Shown here one piece after another: positions 1 to 12,920 of a DNA stretch of 64,000 nucleotides. A model generated the notes under the pieces. That model was not told where the DNA came from. It did not search any database and saw only the letters and a program-made list of their open reading frames with translations. A program made the translations under genes and the position numbers. How positions within the stretch are numbered: the stretch's first letter is position 1; every line of letters begins with the position of its first letter. This DNA comes from Neocallimastix sp. 'constans' (taxonomy: Eukaryota): positions 372,001 through 436,000 of the forward strand of contig JBODTK010000109.1 of NCBI GenBank assembly GCA_050613775.1. Reading direction: 5' to 3'.

Positions 1-247
1 TTTGTTTTATGTTTGTTTAATCTTATTTTTATTGTGATACATGCTTATTATAATTAGTTATAATAAACTCACTAAAAAAACCTTAAGATATAAGTATTAT
101 ATTCTTATTTATAATTTAAATTATATTCTCAATTTATCAATTAATGTAATAGGTTGTAGCTAATAAATTTTGTTAAAAGAAAGTCTTTAATAGAATTTAT
201 AACATTTTATAAATTATTATTATATATATAATCTTTCTAGTTTTTAT

Positions 248-640
248 CCTGGTGGTTAGTACTCGTGACTAATATACATAAGGTTTCCGGATTGACCCGT
301 GACTACATCCTGAATTTATATATGGCAATTTTCATCCTTCCAGGGCTTTTTTTCTCTTAAAATGAAGTTAGATGTTTGCTGGCTATGGTAAGTATTCCTT
401 CTGCTAGAACCATAATAATTGTAAGTGCAAAATGCACTTGATTCGATGAGAGGATTAGTGCAGTTGTTTCTTCCTCAATGACGGAAGAAACAACAAAATA
501 ATAAAAAATAATAATTGTTAATAATAATAAATAATAATAAATCATAATAAATAATAATAAATCATGATAAATAATAATAAATCATGATAAATAATAATAA
601 ATCATAATAAATTATATTATATAATAATAAATAATAATAA
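248..640 (+). mobile_element. Degenerate tRNA-headed SINE-like element with 3' hairpins and (TAA)n-rich tail
   Basis: A-box-like TGGTGGTTAGT at 250 and B-box-like GGATTGACCC near 289. Hairpins AAGTGCA/TGCACTT (423-439) and GTTGTTTCTTCC/GGAAGAAACAAC (463-494). ATA/ATC repeat tail follows. A second partial copy lies inverted at about 3325-3432. Confidence 0.55.
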
Positions 641-2990
641 TTATATTAAATAATAAATAATAGATTTTATTTTATAATAATAATAGTTTTTTTTTTTAAA
701 TATTAATGTTACCTCTTTATGTTTATTATATTTAAAGTATTCATAAAATTTTATTTTTTTATAAATTTTAAACTTTAATTTTAATATTATAAAAATAATT
801 AAAAAAGGAAAAAAAAAAAAAAAAAAAAAAAACAAAGTTTAAAAAATATGAAATAAATATATATTTTATTTCATTTTTTAAACTTTAATTTTATTTATTA
901 TTAAATACATATATTATTGAAATATTGAATTTATTAAATATAGATATATTTATTAATAATATAAAATATACTTTAATATTTGAACCATTTGAACTTTTAT
1001 ATATATGTTTATTAATATTAATATTATTATTATTATTGATTAATAAATACTTTTTTTTTTTTTTTTTTTTAATATTATTTTCTTTTGTATAAAAGTTTAT
1101 AACATTTTATTGATTTTTTTTTCTATTATTGTTAATTTTATTTTTATTTTTTATTATTATAAACATTTAAAACATATTATGAACTTTTTTTATTATAAAA
1201 TTTATTTTGGGTTTTGGTCAGGTATTTTTTTTATAAACCGTTAAAAATTTTTTGAAACATTTTAACCTTTTTTTTTAATTTTTTTTTAATTATACCATAA
1301 ACTTAAAATATATATATGTAATATATTACAAAAAATTACTATAAAGTAGTTTCAATATAAACTTTATTTTTTTTTTCTTCATTAAAATAGTTTTTTTTTT
1401 TTTTTTTTTTTTTGAAATTATAAAAGTATTTTTAATTTCATAAAAATTTTTAATATTAATATATAATTAAATATATAATATCTCATATTGTTAATAAAAA
1501 ATATATATATATATATTTTGAATATCATCGTTAACATTTTTTTTTTATTCAATTAATTTTGGTTTAATAACATTTAAAGGGTTCATATTTGATGAAATTT
1601 TTATTTGTTATTGAATAGTATTACGTAAGTATTTTTTTATTTATATATTTTCAATAAATAATATAGTTTTAATTCATTCAAAAATATTTAAACTATGGAG
1701 TTTCAATATTATAATATAACTTAACTATTTAAATATTATATTCAATTATTCAATTTATATATTGAAATAATAAAAAAAAATTATTATACATTTTAATTTA
1801 TTTTTTAACAATAAAATTTTGTTATAATTTTAAATTTTAAATTTCTAATAAATACATAGACTAAATAAGTAATTTTTATGACCTTTTCACATTTTTGAGT
1901 AAGTAAATATAATGATCCTACGATATAGAAAGAAACTTTAAATAATAATAAATTAAAATAAATATAGTTATATAGATTATTAAGTATAAAATTATTAAAT
2001 AGTTAAATAGTAAAAAAATTATATTAATAAAATTATAAAATAAACTTGTAAGATGTAATTGTTTAGAAATGTTAAATGCTTTAGTAAAAATTATTGTTTA
2101 TAGGAAATTAGATAATTAATATAAATAGAAATATAAAATATTTATTTAATAAAATGTTTCTAATTGTCCAGTAAAATTAGATAATATTAAAAAGAATGTT
2201 TAAAGGTTACTAATTAGCCTGTAAAATTAGAAAAGTTTAGTAGAGATTTACTAATTACCTTATGAATTAGTATTATAAGTTTCTTATAATAAATAATTAA
2301 TAACGTAAAAGGTTATAAAATAAATTTGTTTCTATTGAATGAATTTAATTATATTCTTTTAAATAATTTTATTTAGTATATTAGATAAAGATGGGAAACA
2401 TTATAAATACCATCTTTTATCACCTAATAAAACTAAAAAAGATGAATGATAGGTTAACCATTAATGAGTAATGTATTTTCATTTATTTTATAATATATTT
2501 AATCTTTATTAATATAAATATTTGTTTTTGCTTTATATTAATTGTATATATATAATAATGTAAAAAAAAAAAGTTTTCCGTTAATATAATAAAATAAATT
2601 TATTTTATTATTAATTCTCATTGTTTCATATAATTAAATTAAAATTTTCCTGTATTATAAATTTAATATATTAAAATATATATATGTATATAAAATATTC
2701 CGTTATTTCATTTTATGTACTTATTTTTATATTTTTGTAAATGTTTTTAATTTATGTATTAAAATTTTTTTTTTTTTAATATTATAATAATACTAATTAA
2801 TAATTGATTATAACATGTTCGATTAATCTTTTTTAGAGAAAAACTTTATTATTTATGTTTTTATTATTATAATTTTATTTATTTATTTATTTGTTTATTT
2901 ATTTATAATTTAAAATTAAAATGAATTAATATTCAGTGCATGTTATTACTTGTCGGTCAAATAAAAATATAAAATAACTTATTAAATATA

Positions 2991-3310
2991 TGGCATAAAA
3001 CTTTCTACTAAGAATAATTATAAAGAAATATTCTTATTTTTATATTCTTAATTCATTATAAACTATTTAATTAATTAATTTTATGATAACTATTAAGTAT
3101 TTAAAATATTCAATACATAAATTAAAACAAAATATTAGAAATATAATATAAATAAAATATTCAATATATAAATTAAAATAAAATATTAAAAATATAATAT
3201 AAATAAAATAATTAAAATAAAATAAAAACTTTTTAAATTTATAAATTATTTACATATTTACATAACATAAAATTTATGTTATAAATTTTCTCTTTACATT
3301 AATTTTATGC
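2991..3310. repeat. Dispersed AT-rich repeat, copy 1 (possible degenerate LTR)
   Basis: Colinear with 6474-6870 through shared blocks TGGCATAAAA, AAGAATAATTATAAAGAA, AACTATTAAGTATTTAAA, ACATAACATAAAATTTATG and TCTTTACA. Confidence 0.6.
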
Positions 3311-3324
3311 GTTTGTATAGAACA

Positions 3325-3432
3325 TCCAACTTCATTTATAGGGAGAAGCACTCTTGGAGGATGATAAATCACCCCATATAAATTCAGGAGGTAGTCGCGG
3401 GATCGATCCAGGAACTTTAATGTGTATTAATC
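3325..3432 (-). mobile_element. 5'-truncated copy of the SINE-like element at 248-640
   Basis: Reverse complement GATTAATACACATTAAAGTTCCTGGATCGATCCCGCGACTACCTCCTGAATTTATATGG aligns with 267-325. It carries the B-box-like GGATCGATCCC. Confidence 0.6.
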
Positions 3433-3563
3433 CTGAAACACAATAATAAAAAATTGGAAAGAATATTGATATAATCTACATATTAATATAAAAGATAATT
3501 GTAAAATTTGAATTATTAATATATTAAAATATTGAACTTTTGCTAATCTAAATATGTATTTCT

Positions 3564-3594
<31 letters not shown>

Positions 3595-4015
3595 TGTTAT
3601 TATATAACCTAAATGACCTATTTTATTTTTATAATAATTATAAATTCAAAATTTTTTTTAAAATTTTAGAATTTCTTTATTTCTATTTATATATATATAT
3701 ATTTTCAAATTTAAATTCATAATTGATTTTTCATAAAGGTTTTTTTAAGTTATTAATTAATAAATAAAATTATTTAATAATTAAAGAATAGAAATAATAA
3801 TATTTTATACATATTTTGTAATTAAATAGTAAAATAATTGTTATTTTAATAGAATATTTAAATTTTATTATTTATATTTCATGGTTTAATTATATTTTAA
3901 TGTATTTTTATTTCAAATTATTTTAATTTCATTTTTAAATTTATATTATTGTAGTATTAATTTATTAATAAATAAGTATTTATTTTTGAAATAAATAAAA
4001 ATAGTAATTTCTTAG

Positions 4016-4054
<39 letters not shown>

Positions 4055-4673
4055 ATAAAATTAACCTTTTTTTTATTTCGTATCTATTATAATTATTTAT
4101 AAATTATAATTAATATATAAAATAAAAAAAAAAGGAATAATTTAATACTCTTTTTTACATTTTTTTACTTTATTAAAAAAAATTTTTTTTTAATAGTATT
4201 TATTATCTTTAAAAAATTTTTTAAAACAATTTAATAATTTTTTTTATTCTTATTATTTCCATTTTTGTTTTTTTATAAATTCATATATTTATATATTTAT
4301 AAATCTAATATATCCCCTCAATAAAAATAAAAAATTATTTTTAAATAATTTTTTCATTCTTATTTAACACTTTCAATTTAATAATTAGTTATTTTCATTA
4401 TTTTTTATTAATTTTATTATGTTAAAATTTTCTAATAAATAACGTTAATGTAATATAAATGTTTATATAAAAAATATTAATATACTAAAAATTAACTTTA
4501 TTTATTATAAACTTTGTTTTTAATTTTGCTTTAATATATTATACAATTTTAATATATTTTACATAGATTTATTAAAGAAACATTTAATTTATAATTTATT
4601 AAAATTATATAATTTATTTTAATTAATAAACAAATAAATAAATAATGGAATATGGCTAAAAAGACTAAAAAGC

Positions 4674-4706
<33 letters not shown>

Positions 4707-5782
4707 AAGAGTATTTATATATAGAAAAAAATTAATATTTTTTTTATAAAAAAAATTAGATAAAATAAAATATATTTATTTAAAGTAACAGTGACATTGT
4801 ATATAAAAAACATTAATTAAAAGAAGATTATCTTATTTTATATATATATCTGGATAATTTTTATTATTATTATTATTATTTTTTTTAACTTCTATTATTT
4901 TTACCTACTTTGGTATTTTGATTAATCATTTTTGTTTATACTTTTAACTTTAACCCCTTTATTAAGGCTAAATTAGATAGTCGACTTCATGAATATATTT
5001 ATAAAAATTATTTGTAATAAAAAATAATTGTTATATATATTATATATAAAACCTATATATATAACTCTTATTTTATTTTATTTAATACTTTATTTTGTTT
5101 ATTTTATTATTTTGTCTTGCTTCGCTTTATTAATTCTACTAATAATTATCATTTATTATATTATTTTCTTTTTTTTTTTTATTTTTATAAAAAAAGTTTG
5201 AAATAAGAGACATGACTTGACTCATTAATAAAAAAAATTTTTATTTGTAATAATCCGTTTTATATAATTTTATATTTTTAATTTATTTATTTATTTATTT
5301 TAATTGTTTCCTTTTTATATATATATATATTAATTTAATTAATAATAAAATTTCCCAAAATTATTAATATATTAAAAAAAAAATATTTATATATATATAT
5401 ATATAATGAACCTTAATTTTTATTAAAAATTTAGGTTCATTATATTTTTAAATTTATTAAATTTATTACAATAAAATTTTTCAATTAAAAAAAAATAATA
5501 TATTTTGAAATAAAATAATATTTCTAATTTTTTTATAATTAAATAATTAAATTATATATTATAAATGGAAAAAAAAAAACAAAAAGAATTTATTTTTTTT
5601 TTTTTATAATTAATAATTTTTTCTTCAAAAAAATAATAAAAAAATTATTATATATAAAATAATATACAATTTTTTTTAATTACTATTATATTATTTATTC
5701 TGAAAGTTTATAAATAAAATATTTTTTATCCTTATTTATAATATGTCTTAATGACAAAAACATATTTGTAATATTTAATAAA

Positions 5783-5832
<50 letters not shown>

Positions 5833-6173
5833 ATAATTAAATAGTCATGCATCATCCTGTTATTAAGTGTTTTTTTTTTATCTTTTTTTTATATTGTTTA
5901 AATAATTACAATAATGTTGATGTAACAATGATATAACAATTTAATTTTAAATAACAATTAAAGAATAAACAAATCAAACAAATAAAAATAAAATACTATA
6001 TTTGATAGGTTTTATGTAATTCTCTGTGATGATGAGTTTTAATTGAAAAAACTTATAGCGAATTTTAAATAATTTTAGGTTTATATTAATCACGTGTATC
6101 ATAATCACCATATCTGGCAACCAAGAATCCTTTACCTCTTATTATATTTTATTTATCTCCCCATTTACCTTTT

Positions 6174-7250
6174 CTGATATATATATTTTCTATTCTATAT
6201 ATTTTATAAGCAATATATTTCATTAGTTATTATTTTGATATATATATATTTTCTATTTTATATATTTTATTAGAAATATATTTCATTAGTCATTATTCTG
6301 ATATATATATTGATAAAGTACGCCTTTGGTTCAAGTTCTCTTGTTGGGAGAAGTTTTATAAAATTGTTATTTAATTATAAAATTTATTTATTTATTTAAA
6401 AATAATTATAAAATTAATTAATACATGTATTTAATATTTATCTTGAAAATATAAAATAATTATAATATAAATTTGGCATAAAATTGTACTGCAAAGAATA
6501 ATTATAAAGAATTATTCTTGTTTTTATATTTGAAATTCATAATAAACTATTTAGTTAATTAATTAATTCTCTTAGAGTAACTATTAAGTATTTAAAGTAT
6601 TTAATATAAAAGTATAAAATAAAATATAAAATATTCATAAAATATTAATAAAAATATAAATTTATTATAATTAATAAAATATTAATATAAAATAATAATT
6701 ATTAAAATAATTAAAAATATAATAAAATAAAATATTAAATATAAAAATAATAAAAATAATAAAAAGAAATTTATAAATTATTTCAATTTTAACATAACAT
6801 AAAATTTATGTAATAAATTTTATGTTTACATTAATTTTTATATTCTTTCATAATTTTATGTCTTTACATAATTTTAATTTTCTCACGTTATTTTCGATCA
6901 CGTTTTATTTATGTCACGAATTTGCAAATGATTTATTAATTTATTTTTATGTAATTATTAATAAAATAATTTATTAATAATTAAAGTTTTTATTTACGTT
7001 TTATATCAATATATATTTTCTATTTTATATATTTTATTAGAAATATATTTCATTAATCATTATTCTGATATATATATATATTCTATTCTATATATTTCAT
7101 TAGTTATTCTGATATATATATATTTTCTATTTTATATATTTTATTAGAAATATATTTCATTAGTTATTATTCTAATATACATATATTCTATTCTATATAT
7201 TTCATTAGTTATTCTTATATATATATATTTCTATTCTATATATTCTGTTA
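6174..7250. repeat. AT-rich minisatellite (about 40-60 bp units) in two blocks, about 6174-6311 and 7010-7250
   Basis: Recurring unit CTGATATATATA(T)TTTCTATTYTATATATTT...ATATATTTCATTAGTTATTATT. Confidence 0.65.
6474..6870. repeat. Dispersed AT-rich repeat, copy 2 (possible degenerate LTR, minus orientation)
   Basis: Homologous to 2991-3310. Its reverse complement begins TGTAAAGA and contains AATTAATGTAA...TTACATAAATTTTATG, resembling the start of the Gypsy LTR at 17388. Confidence 0.55.
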
Positions 7251-8202
7251 GTTATTACAGTTAAATAATGAAGAAAAATCCTTTCTTTCTTTCTTTTTTT
7301 TTTTTTTAAAAAAAATTAATTATTAAATAATATATTTATATAAATATTAAATATGTAGATATATAAAATGACTATATAAATTGAAAGTATAATTGATAAT
7401 TTTCAATAGATGTCGTGATAAAGATGATTTGTCGTCGCTTTATTCATTGGATATAAAAGTAAAAATATAAAAAAAAGATAATAATGAAATTTTTATTTAC
7501 AATAGAAATTTATTTTGGATAATTTAGTTTTTCATATTGGGAAATTGGTACAGAATTATTTGTAAAAAAAAAAAAAAAACAATGAAACCAATATTTTCTT
7601 TATTGATTTCCTAATTTCCTAATTTATATTTTATTATTTTTTCATTATATTATATCCACTTAATGCTTATATATATATATGTAAATAAAAGATAATATTA
7701 ATAATTTCTATTTAATTTAATTGTTTTTATATATATTTAATAAATAACATTTAAAACAATTTATTTCTCTTTTTATTCATATTCAAAATTTTATTAATGG
7801 GTATATATTAAGTAATCAGAAATAAAAAAAACTTTAAAAACTTTATTGTTTAAGATTTAATATAATATTTTTTGATTTATTATTATTATTATTATTATTA
7901 TAGCATTCCATTATATATTTATGAAACAGTAACTTTATTATAATAATATCAATAGGTTCTTCATATAACTAAATATTTCCATTGATTAAATGTTTCTTTT
8001 TGAAGTTTACTGAAATATTTAATTCTTGTGTACTATAAATGAACAATTAATAAAATGATTCAAATTATTAAATTGTTAATGATTAACATAATGTTTATAT
8101 TGAAATTTTTTTTAATTTCATTTTTTTATTAGATTTTACCTTAGTGAAACGGGATGATTTAATTTGCTATTATATTACAATTGTTCTATAAAATATTAAT
8201 CT

Positions 8203-8239
<37 letters not shown>

Positions 8240-9095
8240 CTTTCATAATATCATAATATAAATACTAATTAATATAATTATATATAAATATTTTTATTAA
8301 TAGTGGTAAACATTTCTTTTTTAGAAAGAATAATTTAATATAAATTAAAATGGAAATTAATAATTATTAATTAATTAGATTTTTTAAAAAAAATTGTTTG
8401 ATGGAAATAAATTTTTTTTTTTATAAATTTTAGCATTTTTTTTTTAAACTTTATTATATATTAAATTAAATAAATTAATTTTTTGATATATTTAAAAAAT
8501 TATATTTTAAAAAAAAGGAAAAAAATTATACATATATTATTGGTGAATTGATTGTACATTAAAACTTTTAATATATAATAAATAATAAATAAAAAAAAAA
8601 AAATTAAGAAAATAAAAAAATAAAATAATTAAAAGATTAAAAAAATTAAAAAATTAAAAAATTAAAAAACTAAAAAGAAGAAAAAAAGAAAAAAAAAGAA
8701 AAAAAAAGGAAAAAAGGAAATTCAAATTAAAATAATGATTAATACAATATATTTTAATATAATATTTGTCATATATATTAATATATAATTTATTTAATAT
8801 ATGCACAACTTTACTTATTATAAAATGAAATAATTCAATATGTATATAAATAGTTAATAAATCTTCTTTTTCTATCAATAAATTTTTTTAAAAAAAAGAA
8901 AATATATATTTTTATCAAAAAAAAAAAAAAAAAAATAAAAAATAAAAACTAAAAGTAAAATAAAATAAAAATAATAATATTTTTTTTTGGTATTATAAAA
9001 ATATTTATTTAAATAATTAAGTAAATAAAAATTAAAAAATAATAGAGAAATAATTATAAAATAAAATTATATATATATATATAAATAAAAGAAAA

Positions 9096-10406
9096 ATGAA
9101 ATTATATTTAATTTCAGTTTTATGTTTAATTTTAATTAATGCTGTTTTCGCTTCAGATGAAGTTTCTTACACTGGAACTTGGGCTTCATCTCAATATTTT
9201 AATGGCGACTTACCAGATATTGATTTACAAGGAAATTCCTTACGTCAATTTGTTAGAGTTAGTATTCCTGGTGAACAAGTAAGATTCCATTTCTCTAACA
9301 TATATGGTAAGGAAGAATTAGAATTACAATCTGTTCACGTTGCTAAGTCTGCTGGTCAAGGTACTGGTGGTATAATTACGGAAACAGATACTGAAATTAC
9401 TTTCAATGGTCAATCTGGTGTTGTTATTCCAGCTAACAGCGATGTTATTTCTGATACCATTCCATTCTCTATTTCTACTTTTGATGAACTCGCAATCACT
9501 ATCTATTACGGTAAAATTCCAGCTGATTTCACAGGTCATGCTGGTTCTAGAACTAACTCTTTTATTGAATTAGGTAATGCTGTCAGTAAGGAAACCTTCA
9601 ATGATGCTCATAAGTTTGCCCATTGGTATACCATTTCTGCTATTGATGTTGTTGACAATGAAAAGAAATATTCTGCTATTGTTTGTTACGGTGACTCAAT
9701 TACTGATGGTAGAGGTTCTACTACTGATAAACAAAATAGATGGACAGATGTTTTCGCAGAAAAATTACAAAGTAACCCAGCTACTAGTCATTTTGCTGTC
9801 TTAAACCATGGTATTGGAGCCACTTGTGTACAAGGTGCAAGTACTCCAAAGTATCCAACTGGTTTGGAAAGATTCCAAAAGGATGTTGCTGAACAAACCA
9901 ATGTTAAATACATGATTGTTTTATACGGTATTAACGATATTGCTTTCAATTATATAGATGCACCATATCCAGCTTCAGACATTATTAATGCTTATAAGGA
10001 ACTTATAAAGAAGGGTCATGATCTTGGTATCACTGTTTACGGTAGTCCAATTCTTCCATTCAAGACTAATGATCATTGGACTGAAGAATTAAATGTTATT
10101 AAGGAAACTGTTAATGAATGGATTAGAAATACTCCAGCAAGTGAAGGTGGTTTCGATGCTGTTATTGATTTTGCTTCTGTTGTTGCTGATCCAAATGATG
10201 ATATGGTCTTTAAAGAAGATTTATGTGATGGTGATGGTCTTCATCCAAACTACTTAGGTCACAATGTTATTGGTAACTATGTTGATCTTGAACTTTTCAT
10301 TGATAATGATGATGATGTCAATAGTGACGAAGAAAACGTTGAAGTTGAAATTGATGACAGCGAAGTTACTGCTCTTAGTGATAATGATGATTCTGATGAA
10401 GAATAA
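9096..10406 (+). CDS. Secreted SGNH/GDSL esterase, XynE-like subfamily
   Basis: Intronless 436-aa ORF with signal peptide MKLYLISVLCLILINAVFA. SGNH blocks are YGDSITDGRGST, NHGIGA, YGIND and DGLHP. Acidic C-terminal tail. Confidence 0.9.
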   Translation: MKLYLISVLCLILINAVFASDEVSYTGTWASSQYFNGDLPDIDLQGNSLRQFVRVSIPGEQVRFHFSNIYGKEELELQSVHVAKSAGQGTGGIITETDTEITFNGQSGVVIPANSDVISDTIPFSISTFDELAITIYYGKIPADFTGHAGSRTNSFIELGNAVSKETFNDAHKFAHWYTISAIDVVDNEKKYSAIVCYGDSITDGRGSTTDKQNRWTDVFAEKLQSNPATSHFAVLNHGIGATCVQGASTPKYPTGLERFQKDVAEQTNVKYMIVLYGINDIAFNYIDAPYPASDIINAYKELIKKGHDLGITVYGSPILPFKTNDHWTEELNVIKETVNEWIRNTPASEGGFDAVIDFASVVADPNDDMVFKEDLCDGDGLHPNYLGHNVIGNYVDLELFIDNDDDVNSDEENVEVEIDDSEVTALSDNDDSDEE

Positions 10407-11176
10407 TTAATTTAATTATTTTTAAAAAAATAAATTATTATCTGGAATAATAAAATAAAATACAATATTAATTTATTTTAAAAAACAATTTAAAATATAT
10501 TGTTTTGTTCTATAATTGAAAAAAAAATTATATAATAAAAGAAATTTAATTGAATTCTTTTAAATAATATATATAAATTAATAATATAAATAATAATAAA
10601 ATAATATTAAATATAAGATTTAAATAATTTTGTAAAATTATAAATTAATAATCAAATAAATAAATATTAATAATTAAAAAAAATTGAAAATAATAAAATA
10701 ATATATATAATGTCTAATTGTGTTTTTTTCTTTCTTAGAAATAATATAATAAAATATATAATTGTGTTTTTTTCTTTTTTAGAAATAATATATAAAATAT
10801 ATAATTATTTATTTTTCTTTATAATAATGTTATGAAATATATTAGTATTTTTTTTTTTTAGACTAGAAATAATATATAAAAATGGAAAGATACAAAAAAT
10901 TTTTTTTATAAAAACTTTTTTATTAAGATATAAAACATTTGTGATTTAATTAAAATGTAACCAATTCAAATATATAAATATTATATATATATAAAATTTT
11001 ATATAAAATATAAAGTATTTGTAAACAAACTTTATTTAATAATATTTATTAAAAAAATACATTTAAGATAAGATAAAATATATGAATTTTTTTACACTAA
11101 TATATTAAAAAACTATATTATGAGTTTCGAGGAACTCTATCCATTCATCAATAATAACTTCATATGGATAAAAATT

Positions 11177-11425
11177 ATCCTATGAATATGTATCAGCATT
11201 CCTTCTTTGCTTTATCGTTTCGACGTTGACGCTCTTGACAACAATAGGTTTATCATCAAGAATATTCAAAGTTTTTTTTTGAACAATCAGAGAAAAATTA
11301 ATAAAAATTTCATCAACAAATTGAATGAATAGTTATCTAAATTCTTTAAATTTTGGACACAAAAGAATCCAATGCGCAAAACAAGATCAAGCTGTTGAAC
11401 AATCTTTTGATATTAATTTACTTTT
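11177..11425 (-). pseudogene. 3' fragment of non-LTR retrotransposon (LINE) ORF
   Basis: Minus-strand translation with stops: ...FAHWILLCPKFKEFR*...VKSVNVETIKQRRNADTYS*. The HxxxxC zinc-finger half and the C-terminal motif are shared with 25610-25655 and about 53720-53745. Confidence 0.65.
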
Positions 11426-11441
11426 TATATATTGTTTCTTC

Positions 11442-11553
<112 letters not shown>

Positions 11554-12909
11554 GCCTTACTAGATTTAGATCTACAATAATATTCCTAATGGAAGATAGT
11601 ATACAAGGAAGAAAGTGTATGATCTTAAAGTATTAAATATGTAATTAAGTCACATGTCAATGTATGAGTTTTCCATAACATAGAATAAATTAAAAATTAA
11701 TTAAATAAATATTAAAAGATAATTAACATAGATTTATACAAGATGATCATAATATATTTACAATAACATGCTGGACTTTTACTTTTATGCGAAATAATTT
11801 ATTAGCAATGGGTTTTAAATAATGTTAGTTTAGTAAGATTTATTAATAAAATTATGATATTGGTATTAAAATAATAATTCTAATTCCTAAATTTTACAAG
11901 AGAATCCTCTATTTCTAATATAAATAATTTAATCTATTTATAAAAAATTGGTAATATATTAATTATATATTCTAATATATAGAATATATATATAATTTTA
12001 TATAATTATTATAATTATAATAATACATATATCTTAAGAGGAGATGATATAAAATGAAATATTCAAACCTTAATTAATATAAAATTAGTTTTATTATTCA
12101 AACATAAATTAATGACATAAATCAAATTTAAATCTAATGATTTTACAACAATTTCAATATGTGGCTTGATTTCTATATATTAATTATATTTATAATTAAT
12201 AATAAATTTTATAGCATAAATCAATGTTTTAATTATATTCTTATTATTTTATATTTATATTTATATAGTTATTAAATATTTCCTTAAATAATAATTATTA
12301 ATAGTTTATTCTAATCACAAGAACAATTAATTAAATAGTTAATTATAACTAAATAACATAAAAATAAAGCATTTCTCTGAATTAAGAGAAGGGCTGTAGT
12401 CGTCGTTGTTAAGTAAAAGTTAAGATTAAAAGTTATATTATGTTAAGTTAGTTTGTAATTAAAAGAATAAGAAAGTTGTTAAATATTCTTTTTAATTATA
12501 TGTAGTTTTTATATAAAATTAAATAAATAAATAAATAATAAATTAATACTAGTAAAAATAAATGATATACAACTCAAAAGTTCGATGTACTTTTGTTGGG
12601 ATTTATTTATTAAATTTATTAAGTGATGAGTTATTTGAGACTCTTAATCTTTTAGAAATAAGCCCTGCTATTAATGCTCAATTCGTACAACACTTTACAC
12701 AGTAATACACAATAAATAAATTTACAAAAATTTTCTTGTTTTTTTATAAACTTTATTTACCTATATTAATGGCCGTAGCCTTTTGAAAAATATTCTAATA
12801 GTACATTTATATTAAATTTAAAATACTTTACTACATAAATTTTTATGATTCAAAACATTATAAAATAATTGGTTAAAAATAATTGTTTTATTTTGTTAAA
12901 AATCTAACA

Positions 12910-12920
12910 CTCCCCCCTCA
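12910..12920 (-). other. Polypurine tract and LTR start of a degenerate LTR retroelement (Copia-like)
   Basis: Minus strand reads TGAGGGGGGAG|TGTTAGA, a typical PPT/3'-LTR junction. The other LTR boundary is uncertain (candidate TGTTA at 12407). Confidence 0.5.
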
